From NCBI GenBank assembly GCA_010909165.1, contig VJWM01000235.1:62001-126000 (forward strand): DNA of 64,000 nucleotides, given 5' to 3'. The position numbers were made by a program, and so were the translations under genes. Positions 11,730 to 21,912 of the stretch are shown one piece after another. The first letter of the stretch is position 1; every line of letters begins with the position of its first letter. The stretch is from Anthoceros angustus (Eukaryota; Plantae; Anthocerotophyta). Under the pieces are notes generated by a model. That model was not told the origin of the DNA and ran no database searches. It saw nothing but the letters and a program-made list of their open reading frames with translations.

Positions 11730-12040
11730 AATTAAACCCCTCATCTTATACCCACCAATCAGAACACCGGATGATGTGTAGTTAAACCCGACTCATCTTA
11801 TATCCACGAATCAGAACACCTTAGGTGATATTAAGTAAAACCTACCTCATCTTATACCCACCAATCAAAATACTTCATGTGCTATCAAGTGAAACTCACC
11901 TCATCTTATACCCACCAATCAGAACACCTTATGTGTTATCAAGTGAAACCCACCTCATCTTATACCCACCAATCAGAACAGTTCATGTGCTATCAAGTGA
12001 AACCCACCTCATCTTATATCCACCAATCAGAACATCAGGT
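11730..12040. repeat. 54-bp minisatellite, about 6 copies
   Basis: Unit AAGTGAAACCCACCTCATCTTATACCCACCAATCAGAAC...; gives the 18-aa periodic shadow ORFs. Confidence 0.9.
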
Positions 12041-12079
12041 GAGTTCGGTTTTGGGTCCACTACAGGCTGGCTTTGAGAC

Positions 12080-12340
12080 TGAGCAAATAATTACTGTCTA
12101 TCTCAAACCAAGTATAGACTAGGCTGTTCCCAATGAATGAACAACATAATGTCTGGAATAATGAATGAACAACATAGTGGAGCAAATAATTACTGTCTAT
12201 CTCAAACCAAGTATAGACTAGGCTGTTCGCAATGAATGAACAACATAATATCTAGAACAATGAATGAACAACATAGTGTTTAGAAATGAATGAACAACAT
12301 AATATCTAGAACAATGAATGAACAACATAGTGTTTAGAAC
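12080..12340. repeat. Tandem repeats (~100-bp duplication; AATGAATGAACAACATA x6)
   Basis: Directly visible repeated strings. Confidence 0.85.
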
Positions 12341-12442
12341 TCTGTGTATCTGACTTGAAACTTCATTCCTTCATTCCTTCAAGATGCATGAGGGAGATTA
12401 TGTTAAGCATTGTCTTCTAGGGATAAATATAATAATCGGTGA

Positions 12443-13380
12443 GTTAGGGCTATGGGTCCAAAGATTGATGGAGAGAATATCTTTGTCTTTTTCTCCATTT
12501 ATGCGTTATTCGTATTGAAGGATTGAACACCTTATATAATAAAGTATTGGTAGAAGTACTCAATTTGAATGCGAACTTCAATCATCAAATAAAGTGTGAT
12601 CATGGACTTCCTATATAATAACAATTGGTAGAAGTAATCAATTTGAACAAGGAGAACTACAATCATCCAATAAAGTGTGACCATGGACTCGTGATATAAT
12701 AAGCTATTGGTAGAGATAATTACTTTGACAGACAAATTCAATAATTTAATAAAATGTGATCAAGTAGTGAATGCTCTATGCAAGCCTTGGAAGAAGAGAA
12801 CCTGGGAATGTAATGTGAACCTGGGAATGTAATGTTTACAGTAACAATGTTGGTGGAACTTCACATGATATTGGTGGGAATGTTCACAGTAACAATGGTG
12901 GAACTTCACATGATGTTGGTTAGGGCTATGGGTTGAAAGATTGATGGAGAGAATATCTTCGTCTTTTTCTTCATTTATGTGTTATTCGTATTGAAGGATT
13001 GAACACCTTATATAATAAAGTATTGGTAGAAGTACTCAATTTGGTTCAATCATCAAATAAAGTGTGATCATGGACTTCTTATATAATAAACTATTGGTAG
13101 AAGTAATCAATTTGAACAAGGAGAACTACAATCATCCAATAAAGAGTGACCATGGACTCGTGATATTATAAGCTATTTGTAGAAGTAATTACTTTGACGA
13201 AAAAAGTCAATAATTTAATAAAATATGATCAAGTAGTGACTGCTATATGCAAGCCTTGGAAGAAGAGAACCTGGGAATGTAATGTTTACAGTAACAATGT
13301 TGGTGGAACTTCACATGATATTGGTGAAAATATACCGTTCACAGTAACAATGTTGGTGGAACTTCACATGATGTTGGTAA
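12443..13380. repeat. Tandem duplication, ~475 bp x2, with internal sub-repeats
   Basis: GTTAGGGCTATGGGT..AAAGATTGATGGAGAGAATATCTT at ~12443 and ~12919, collinear thereafter. Confidence 0.9.
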
Positions 13381-13484
13381 GGCTTATCATCGAGACTTAA
13401 GATTCTTAGGTTATTTTTGCAATAAGTAATGACAGAAGGTCAAAGTTCTCGAGGCAAAGATTAGCAAAATTGTAACACTCATGT

Positions 13485-13723
13485 AATGTGTTCGCTCTAG
13501 CATTGGAAGATTCTGGTTTTAACTTCAAAGCTAACTTTATGAGGGAGGATGTTGTAAGTAACTACTATGTTAGGTTTAAGGCTCAGATCAATAGTGCCAG
13601 TCTAATGTGTTCGCTCTAGCATTGGAAGATTCTGGTTTTAACTTCAAAGCTAACTTTATGAGGGAGGATGTTGTAAGTAACTACTATGTTAGGTTTAAGG
13701 CTCAGATCAATAGTGCTAGTCTA
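13485..13723. repeat. Near-perfect tandem duplication, ~119 bp x2
   Basis: TAATGTGTTCGCTCTAGCATTGGAAG...GATCAATAGTGC repeated. Confidence 0.9.
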
Positions 13724-16346
13724 AAGACGATTTTTATATAGGAGGTTGCAAACTATGTGACCTATACCCCTATATATACTATTCTAGAGAGAATCTTAAT
13801 ATAGAAGACTACAAACCTATACTCTTATATAAAGCTCCTGAGTTGAATCATGAAAAATCTTGATTACATATTTCGGGCCGTAACCTTCAGTGAGTATTCC
13901 GTGTTGTGTTAATGTGTCTTACTATGATATATATTGTATTTTTAACACCATATAGTTTTTAAAATCCCTAAGCTCGTATTATTATTTCTTCTCGGGCCTT
14001 TTTTTCATAAAAGGGTTTTAATTGAAGGTTTCATTGCATTCCTCATTAAGTTGTAGATAGCCATATGTAGCAAAGATATCGGAAGAAGATATGGAAGTGA
14101 CAGAGGGTTACAACTGTCTTCATATTTCTTGGACTCCGATTCCTGGGGTTAGGGTTACGCACTTGCGTTTAACTTGCCAGAGATATGGAGAGGAGGAAGT
14201 TGTGTTCTTTGAATCATCAGATACTAGTATAACAAGGTACTTCACTTGCAATTATATGATATATTTTTAGTTATATGCACTCTTCACCTTGCTAATAATT
14301 ATGTGCTTTGTTAGAGCTACTTATACGGATATTGCAATTGGCAAGGAGCATCATTTCACATTGACTGTAGTGGGTGAAGAGTTTGAAAAGAAGATCTCCA
14401 AAACATGGCCGGCATCAGACCTAGCTTTAAAGGATCCTATCTCACATGAGTCTGATAGAGAAGAGCTTAATTTGAAAGTTCTTCATCTCTTTCAATGTAC
14501 TGCTGTACGAACATCCCACCCATTACTTCCTGCAATTTCCAATTATATTGCAAAGAGATCGTCTATCTCTCCTCTTCATGCAGGTACTTTGGTATTTTCA
14601 GGTGCGTTTCATGTCTAGCTAGCAACATCCGTGTCCTTATTTTCACCCGTGAAGTACTCAATCATTTTCTAAACAAGCTCATTGTACTCAATCATTTTCT
14701 AAACAAGCTCATTTTTTAGGGAACGATGGGACAATTGTACTTGTAGGAGTATGTGATTCAATTAACATGATAGCAAGTAAGGAGACTTTAGGAGTATTTT
14801 TCAAGTTTGGCTATGAGGGTGTCCCTTCAGAGTATGGTTATTGACTTTGGTGAATGAAAAGTTCTCCAGCAGATCTTATTCATATGAGGATAAGTCTTCA
14901 TAGTCATGACACCCTAAGCCGATACTATCGCAAGCATTACATGGTGCCACAATATTTTTATTATATTAATGAACTTGGAAAGAATCTCGGGGAGATGTGA
15001 AAAGTGGGGGATTAGGAGGCTTCATTATAAAAAAGAGATGGAAAAAACCCATCCACCCCAAAAACAAAGACGAAAAACCCAATGAAAGCCACCATGCCAA
15101 GAACTAGCCCCCAAGTGAGAGAACAGATCCCATTAAATCATGATTCTTCCCAATTTCTATATCTCGCATTGGGTCTCTACTCTACATATGTGTAGAGACC
15201 CCGTGAAGCGGATAGAGCTCGCGGCCATGGCATCGCAACATATTAGCACACCTCGTTACATAATCCATTGTGGGTACACCCTACGTCCCAAGCACGCGCA
15301 ATTCTCTGTCCGTGTGAAAATATATCAGCGTGCGATACAGTCCTGTTCTTTCGTTCTTTCTGCACGCGGGCGCTGCGTTTTGGCTCCTGTGGAAACGTCC
15401 AAACCGAAAGCTCGTGCAGGAGATTTCTGACACTGAAAACTTGGCCACGTTACGACCACTGTCAGTAGCGTCGCCTAGGTCATCGTTTCGGGGAAGCGTT
15501 TACATACTTTTCTGCAGGACCGTGGAGTTTCCCTCTCTCCCCTCTCTTTCGACCTTCTCACAGCCATCGTCCGGCAGGACATATATTTTACATGGCATAG
15601 CCTCTCTTCTAATCGAGCTGCTTGGCTGCAGACCGTCTGTAGCGCCCAGCCCACGAGCAGCGCGACGCTGCCCTTCAATCTCTTCTCCGGAACCTCAGAC
15701 TTTTAGTTCCCGTGTACTCATTGGCCTCGTGTGTGCAATGCAAACCAACCAAACTCTCATCCAGGGTAGACTGTAATGCATGTGTGTGAACCCAGCTCAT
15801 CGGATACCCAGTGCCAGGGCCCCCAATCAGAAGGACCGGGTCAGTCCGGTGTGACCGGGCCTGTGTGCACTGCTGCGACTAAAGTCGCCACGCGGAGAAG
15901 CGGAACAAGGTTGGTGTTGGTGAAGCATCCTGCAGTCCATGAGATTACGAAATGAAAAGCGAATTTGAGCCGCCTCCCATGCTTTCGGGGCCTGCACCGG
16001 TACCCGTGGCGCTCAGTCGACCTCGACCTCTTGTCTGTCCTTGGAGATGCACTGATCACTATTGAAAAACCGATTGTCAGGTCCTGTCTGATCAGTGATG
16101 GCCTCAACCACCCGTCGTAAAGTCGGTGGCAAGCAGCTATGCATCACCTAAAGTATGGGTATGGACGTGACGCCTGTCGCCGCTTTATACGACCTCAGAA
16201 AACACCAAAGCTGACACTCCTGTCACCGCAACCTCTCTCAGGTTGGGCGCTTGATGACGCCCTGGAAACGGTAAAACGCCCCCAGCCTCCAGCTGGCCGA
16301 CTGCCGAAGATCTCCGTCCTTTGTGGCGCATGAAACTCACTCCACC

Positions 16347-18260
16347 ATGACCATGCTGGCCCTCTCGCAATGGCTTGCTAACTGGAGCAACTCCAAGCCC
16401 AGGAGGCCGCGTGCAGACTGGGAGCGTCCTCATTCTGGCATGCATATGCCCAGGGACGATGGCGGGCCCATTTCCTGCTGCAGCACTGCCGCCTCAAGGC
16501 GAGCCTGCAAATCACTTCTCCTTCCAGGGGCGAAGAGATGGGCAGGGATGGTACCAGGGCTGCGCCGTCGACTGTGCGCAACGCTCGCTCTGTTTGCACT
16601 TGTCTGCATCTTATCGCCAGCCTGGTATCGTCAGTACCGTGCTCCTCACATCGCAACACATGATTCAGAGCACGAAGCGCTAGCGCTAGCGGAGGAATGT
16701 GAGGGCAAACGGGTGTTCATGTATGACCTTCCCCCGCAGCTCAACACGGGTGTCCTGGAGCGCTGCTTCGGGGAGATGGTGACTTGGCTCAATTTCTGCC
16801 CCCACGCCGTGAACGAGGGATTCGGGAAGCTGCTGGATTTCCAGTCCGGGGCCCTGCCATCCAATTCCTCTTTGTTCTCCGACTTCTTCACCCGCCGCGT
16901 CCCTCCATGGCCAGCTCCTGAGGTCTGGGACGCCAGTTCAATCCGACAGCAGGTACTCGGGGACGCACATGGATATTTCCCCGATGCGGATTCGTGCAAG
17001 GAGGAGGTGGAGAGGGGCGGATCCTGGTTCGCCACGGACGCCTACATGCTGGAACAGATCTACCACAGACGCATGTTCCACTACCCTTGTCTCACCGCCA
17101 AGCCGGAGCTCGCCTCCGCGTTCTTCCTGCCCTTCTACGCGGGCCTGGACGCCCTGCAGTACCTCTACGGGGAGAAGCGCGGGCGAGGGCACGAGCACGG
17201 CCAGGAGCTCATCACGTTTCTGGAAGGGAACGCGGCCATGCGGCCATACTGGGAGCGCAAGGGGGGGCGAGATCACTTCATGGTGGCGGGGAGAACAGGG
17301 TGGGATTTCGGGCAAGCCTTGGAGTCCAGGGACGGGTGGGGGACCGGGCTGTTCGCGCAGCCGGCGCTGGAGAACGTCACCTTCCTGGTGCTGGAAGGCC
17401 GGGGGTGGCGGCAAGGGTTCGAGCAGGCGGTGCCGTATCCTACCAGCTTCCACCCTCCCCTGGTCAGGAAACGGAAACGGGGAGCAAGCAAGCTTGAGAG
17501 CCAAGGCGGGTTCGGGGAGCAGGAGCTCCGGGAATGGATGCGGAAGGTGAAAACCGCCCGGAGAACATCCCTGTTCGCATTCGCCGGGGCTTTGCGCCCC
17601 GGGATGGCGAGCAGCATCCGCGGCATCCTCCATCGCCAGTGCCTCGACGCCAACTCCAACAGCAGCAAGCTCAGCTCTGCGTCCGAATCCGAATCCCCGT
17701 CGCTGCTGGCGCACAGGCGGTTCGAGCCGGTGTGCGCGGCAGTGGACTGCGGCAGCGTCAAGTGCAGCCACAATTCGCAGCCAGCCATGGACACGTTTGT
17801 GCACTCGGAATTTTGCCTCCAGCCGAGGGGAGACACCGCCACCAGGCGATCCACATTCGACTCCATCGTCGCGGGATGCATCCCCGTCTTCTTCCACCCG
17901 GACTCCGCTTACACGCAGTACAAATGGCATTTGCCGGAGCAGGCCAGCAGCTACTCGGTGTACATTCCGGAGGAGAGCATTCGACAAGGCACCACGGTGG
18001 AGGAGGTTCTGCGACGATTTTCCGAGCTAGAGGTGCAGCAGCTTCGCGCAGCCCTAATACGCTTGCTTCCTCGCGTCATCTACATGGACGTGGTGGACGA
18101 CTCGTCCAGCACCAGCAGCGGCCGCTGCGCTGCTTCTCACCGCAGTTCTCGTCCTCTGGCCTTGTCCGCTCATCAACGGGCGGTGTACATGGAAGCAGTC
18201 CAACTGGAAGACGCCTTTGACGTTAGTGTGAAAGGCATCTTGGCCAATATCGCTTCCTAG
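16347..18260 (+). CDS. Glycosyltransferase family 47 (exostosin) subclade A, xyloglucan side-chain glycosyltransferase (MUR3/KAM1-XLT2-XUT1 group), intronless, type II membrane
   Basis: TM segment, then CEGKRVFMYDLPP, WFATDAYMLEQIYHRRM, FFLPFYAGLD, GGRDHFMVAGRTGWDF, VPYPTSFHP, SEFCLQPRGDTATRRSTFDSIVAGCIPVFF, DAFDV. Which ATG is the start is uncertain. Confidence 0.93.
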   Translation: MTMLALSQWLANWSNSKPRRPRADWERPHSGMHMPRDDGGPISCCSTAASRRACKSLLLPGAKRWAGMVPGLRRRLCATLALFALVCILSPAWYRQYRAPHIATHDSEHEALALAEECEGKRVFMYDLPPQLNTGVLERCFGEMVTWLNFCPHAVNEGFGKLLDFQSGALPSNSSLFSDFFTRRVPPWPAPEVWDASSIRQQVLGDAHGYFPDADSCKEEVERGGSWFATDAYMLEQIYHRRMFHYPCLTAKPELASAFFLPFYAGLDALQYLYGEKRGRGHEHGQELITFLEGNAAMRPYWERKGGRDHFMVAGRTGWDFGQALESRDGWGTGLFAQPALENVTFLVLEGRGWRQGFEQAVPYPTSFHPPLVRKRKRGASKLESQGGFGEQELREWMRKVKTARRTSLFAFAGALRPGMASSIRGILHRQCLDANSNSSKLSSASESESPSLLAHRRFEPVCAAVDCGSVKCSHNSQPAMDTFVHSEFCLQPRGDTATRRSTFDSIVAGCIPVFFHPDSAYTQYKWHLPEQASSYSVYIPEESIRQGTTVEEVLRRFSELEVQQLRAALIRLLPRVIYMDVVDDSSSTSSGRCAASHRSSRPLALSAHQRAVYMEAVQLEDAFDVSVKGILANIAS

Positions 18261-18471
18261 CTCCTAAGAGCGCTCCATAGTTTGTATGGAGATTATTTTG
18301 TCCTTTTTATTGTACAGGTTGGGGATTTGATCCAGATCACCCTTGGGAAACAAGTAGGTACTGCTAGATGTGGGAATGGCTTAAGGGGCCAACCAGCTCC
18401 TGGGGGATGCTCCATGTCCTCATCCTACCTTGCCTCGCACAGTACACTCTGATTTGCATCTTCGAATTTTC

Positions 18472-18885
18472 TAAGAAAATTACAGGAGTGCAAACGTAAG
18501 TTAGATTCACCCCACCTCCCAGCTGCCAGGTACGAAACGCGTCTGCTCCTCAACAACAGAAAGCTGGAAAGCGACACAGCTGGGAGGTGACGAGTGCCCA
18601 ATTTGGGCAAGCTCAGAGCTCAGGCCTTCAGGAGTTTATCAGCTCCTAAAATTTGTGAAGACTTGGTGATGCGCGCGGCTGTTCTTAGGGACGTTTTGCA
18701 CCTGCTCGAACTAAATACCATGAACGGTGATGTCTTAACAGGGGTGCGTAACACAAGAGTTTAGCTTGCGCTGTGTCTCCAATGTCACCAAAATGAGGGT
18801 CTAACTATCTGTCTCTCTTAACCAGGAAGCGCAATGGCAGAAGTGGCTTTCGTCGCTGATGGTAGACGATGTGACAAGGCTGAAT
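18472..18885 (+). pseudogene. Decayed genomic (intron-containing) fragment of the BEACH gene
   Basis: Collinear with ~43679-44163, including GACGTTTTGCACC...GATGTCTTAACAGGG, the following intron and GAAGCGCAATGGCAG...GATGTGACAAGGCTGAA. Confidence 0.88.
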
Positions 18886-19225
18886 TCATTCAGGGGTTTA
18901 CGACTTTGGGGCACGACGCTGATCATATGCTGATCGTCCAACAATTTTCGGAAGTCGGGTCGATGCTCTTCTACTGGCACCTGGTCAAGACACCGTGTTG
19001 GTGTCTGAACTCAACTGCTCCTTTCCGGATCAGAATGCTGGGAAACGGCAGCACAACTCGACACCGCTGGAGGGCATGTTGGGGAACCGAACACATAACC
19101 AGGCATCCGGACGTCAAGGCTGACAACATATGAACAGAATAAAAGCCAAACCTTTAACACGCCCTCTCTGCAGTCTTACAGTCTTGGGCGCTATCTGTGC
19201 AGAGTCTGCAGTCTACATATGGAGT

Positions 19226-20010
19226 TTAGGAAGGAATCTTGGCTAGCATGGCTTTCACACTCACATCAAAGGCGTCTTCCAGTTCAACCGGCCCCATGTA
19301 CACTGTTCGTGACATGTAGTGCAGCGGCGGGACTGGGTGCTCCTGTTGCTGCTAGAGGCGTCATCCACCACGTCCATGTACATGACGCGAGGAAGCAAGC
19401 GCAATAGGGCTGCGCCAAGCTGCTGCACCTCTTCCTCGGAAACTCCTCGCAGAACCCTCCCCAGCGTCGTGCCTTGTCGAATGGCCTTCTCCGGAATGTA
19501 CACCGAGTAGCGGCTGGCCTCCTCCGGCTAATGCCATCTGTACTGCGTGTAAGCGGATCCGTCCAGGTGGAAAAAGACGGGGATGCATCCGGCGACCATG
19601 GAGTCGAATGTGGATCGCCTGGTGGCGGTGTCTCCGCTCCACGGGAGGCAGAACTTCGATCGCAGAAACGTGTCCATAACGGGCTGCGGATTGGTGACGC
19701 ACTTGACGCTGCCGCAGTCCACTCTTGCGCACACTGGTTCGAACCGTCTGCTCGCCAGCAGCGACGGGAATCCGGATTTGGCTGCGGATCCGCTGCGGTT
19801 GCCGATGTCGGAGTTGGAGGGGAGGCACTGGTGATGGAGGATGCCGCGGATGTTGCTCCACAGGCTGGTACGCATGGCCCCGGCAAACGCGAACAGAGAG
19901 GTTCTCCGGGCAGTTTCCACCTTCCGCATCCATTCTCGGAGCTCCAGATTCCCGGATTCGTCTTGGCTCTCAGGCTTACTTGCCTCTCTTTTCTTGACGA
20001 GAGGCGGGTC
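19226..20010 (-). pseudogene. Inverted, 5'-truncated duplicate of the GT47 3' half
   Basis: MRKVETARRTSLFAFAG...TATRRSTFDSMVAGCIPVFF...RWH* (premature TAG). Matches ~17452-18260 and ends AKIPS*. Confidence 0.9.
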
Positions 20011-20012
20011 TC

Positions 20013-20400
20013 AATTGAGTCACCATCCTTCATTATGTAATTTTTCGAAGTTTCTCAAAGGCTGCCATTGTACTCATGACATTAGTCCTGAATATAGTCC
20101 TTTAACCTTTTCCAGATCTCTCCAGCTAACTTAGCCCTACCAGTCTGCCTCAACATTTTTAATGTTAGGCCACTCTGCATAAGGTACATGGTTGTGTCAT
20201 TCTTGACTATCCATACTTCAACTGCATCCGATTCAGCATTTTCTGTAGGTCTGGCCTCATCACCGTTTGTGATTTTCTAGAGTCAGCGATTTTGAAGGGC
20301 TCCTGTCATTTGCAAATCCAAATATCATAACCGGTTGCTGCGAACCTGTCTTTTTCTTTGAAACCATCTTCAGCCATGCTTGACGTATCTGCCATTGTCT
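20013..20400 (-). mobile_element. Ty1/copia gag remnant abutting the GT47 pseudogene
   Basis: Minus strand reads MADTSSMAEDGFKEKDRF...YDIW, then WIVKNDTTMYLMQSGL, AGEIWKRLKDY, MKDGDSIE across frameshifts. Confidence 0.6.
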
Positions 20401-21912
20401 ATATATGCAGGCTTACCTATGCCTTCTGATGATGTTTCAGATTGATCTTGGTTGTCATCAGAGAAACTACCAAGAAGGGATGCTGCCATACAGTAGGCTT
20501 AGAGGGTCTATGGATTTTCAGGGTCCACAAGTAGTGCAAGAAGGGCACGAGTTAGGAGCATTAAATTTGTTGTTACCGTTGGTTCTGTGAACGCCTTTGT
20601 GAGCTGTTCCTCTAAATGCTGGATTCTTCAGCCATTCAAGCTTCACCAACGAAAGCAGTTTGAAGTCCAAGTGCACGACCTACTCCTTCATGTCCTGTAT
20701 GTCAATACTTATCTTAGCTACGTGTCGATTTATACGTTTGTATCGTTTGTATCGTTTGTCCACGTTGCTGCTAAGTGCTTCAATTCTCTCAACTAACGAA
20801 TTTACTGTCGTTTGTGGTGCAAGTTGCATTGTGAGGAAGCCTCGAGGGTTTCCGTTGCCGTCAAAGGCTCGTGTAACTCTTACTTTAGGCAGGTTCTTTG
20901 GATTTCTAGGTGGGAGAGCAAACACAGGGTTGTGATCGTCGTCTCAACAATTGTATTGAAGGCTTCCTTTAGATCAACAACTTGCATAGGCAGGATCTGA
21001 TTTATATGGCTCTACTGGTAAATTCTACTATGTAGATTGTCAGCAAGTATAAGCCTATCAGGAACCCTATTCCTAGTTTGTCTATTAGGAATTAGATTAA
21101 CAGGGCGAGGCTACCACAACTGGCCTCCTTGATTGACCATCTCATATGGCCTGAGTTTGTGTTACTAATATGCAGAAACATTGTATATTTGTTTTCTCTA
21201 TATGTAACCTGCCAATCAGGTAGTTGTCCTAGTGTATCTTTAGAGGAATTGCTCAAGGATGCAATCCAAAAGGAAGTACACTAGGATTCTTACCTAGATT
21301 TGCAAGGTGCTATAGATTTTTCTAGAGAAAAAGCAACACAAACATCATTTCTTAACTATCTTTGTTTTCTTGAAATTAGACTTAATTTCTACAAGAAACA
21401 ACAAAGAATACATTTTTGTGCACATCTTCTAATGCACAAAATAATGTACATCTTTCTAGATGCAACCCATATAGTATTGTTATGATACAGTGACAAATTA
21501 TAAGGACTATATAGATCAATTAATCACTTAACAATAGTTACTATTGTTATAGCTGAAAGAGAGTGGGCGCTGGAGCGGGAGCGGGCGCTGGAATGGGAGT
21601 GGGAGCAAGCGTGGTGTGCGGGAGGTGGGTGTGCGGGCGCGGGCGCGGAGGTGGCTAGTTCCACAACGGTGGCCGCGCATGCGTGAGGCGGAGCGAGCAG
21701 CACGGCAAGAGTGGGCATGGTTGCGGTGCGGGCGGTGTGGGCGCAGTTGCGGTGTGCAGCGAAGCGTGGCGGTGCCAGGGACGAGGAGCGAGCTGGCAGG
21801 ACTGCCGTCCGGCCTTCCATGGATGGGGGATCCGGAGGCGGGTCCCGGTTGTGGCGGGGCCAGGCTGTACGGGATGGAGGCGGGGCCTGAGTTATGTGGA
21901 GGCAGGGTATGC

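Noticed and set aside
14289-16300. Short ORFs upstream of GT47
   Set aside because: No recognisable domain or consistent exon structure.
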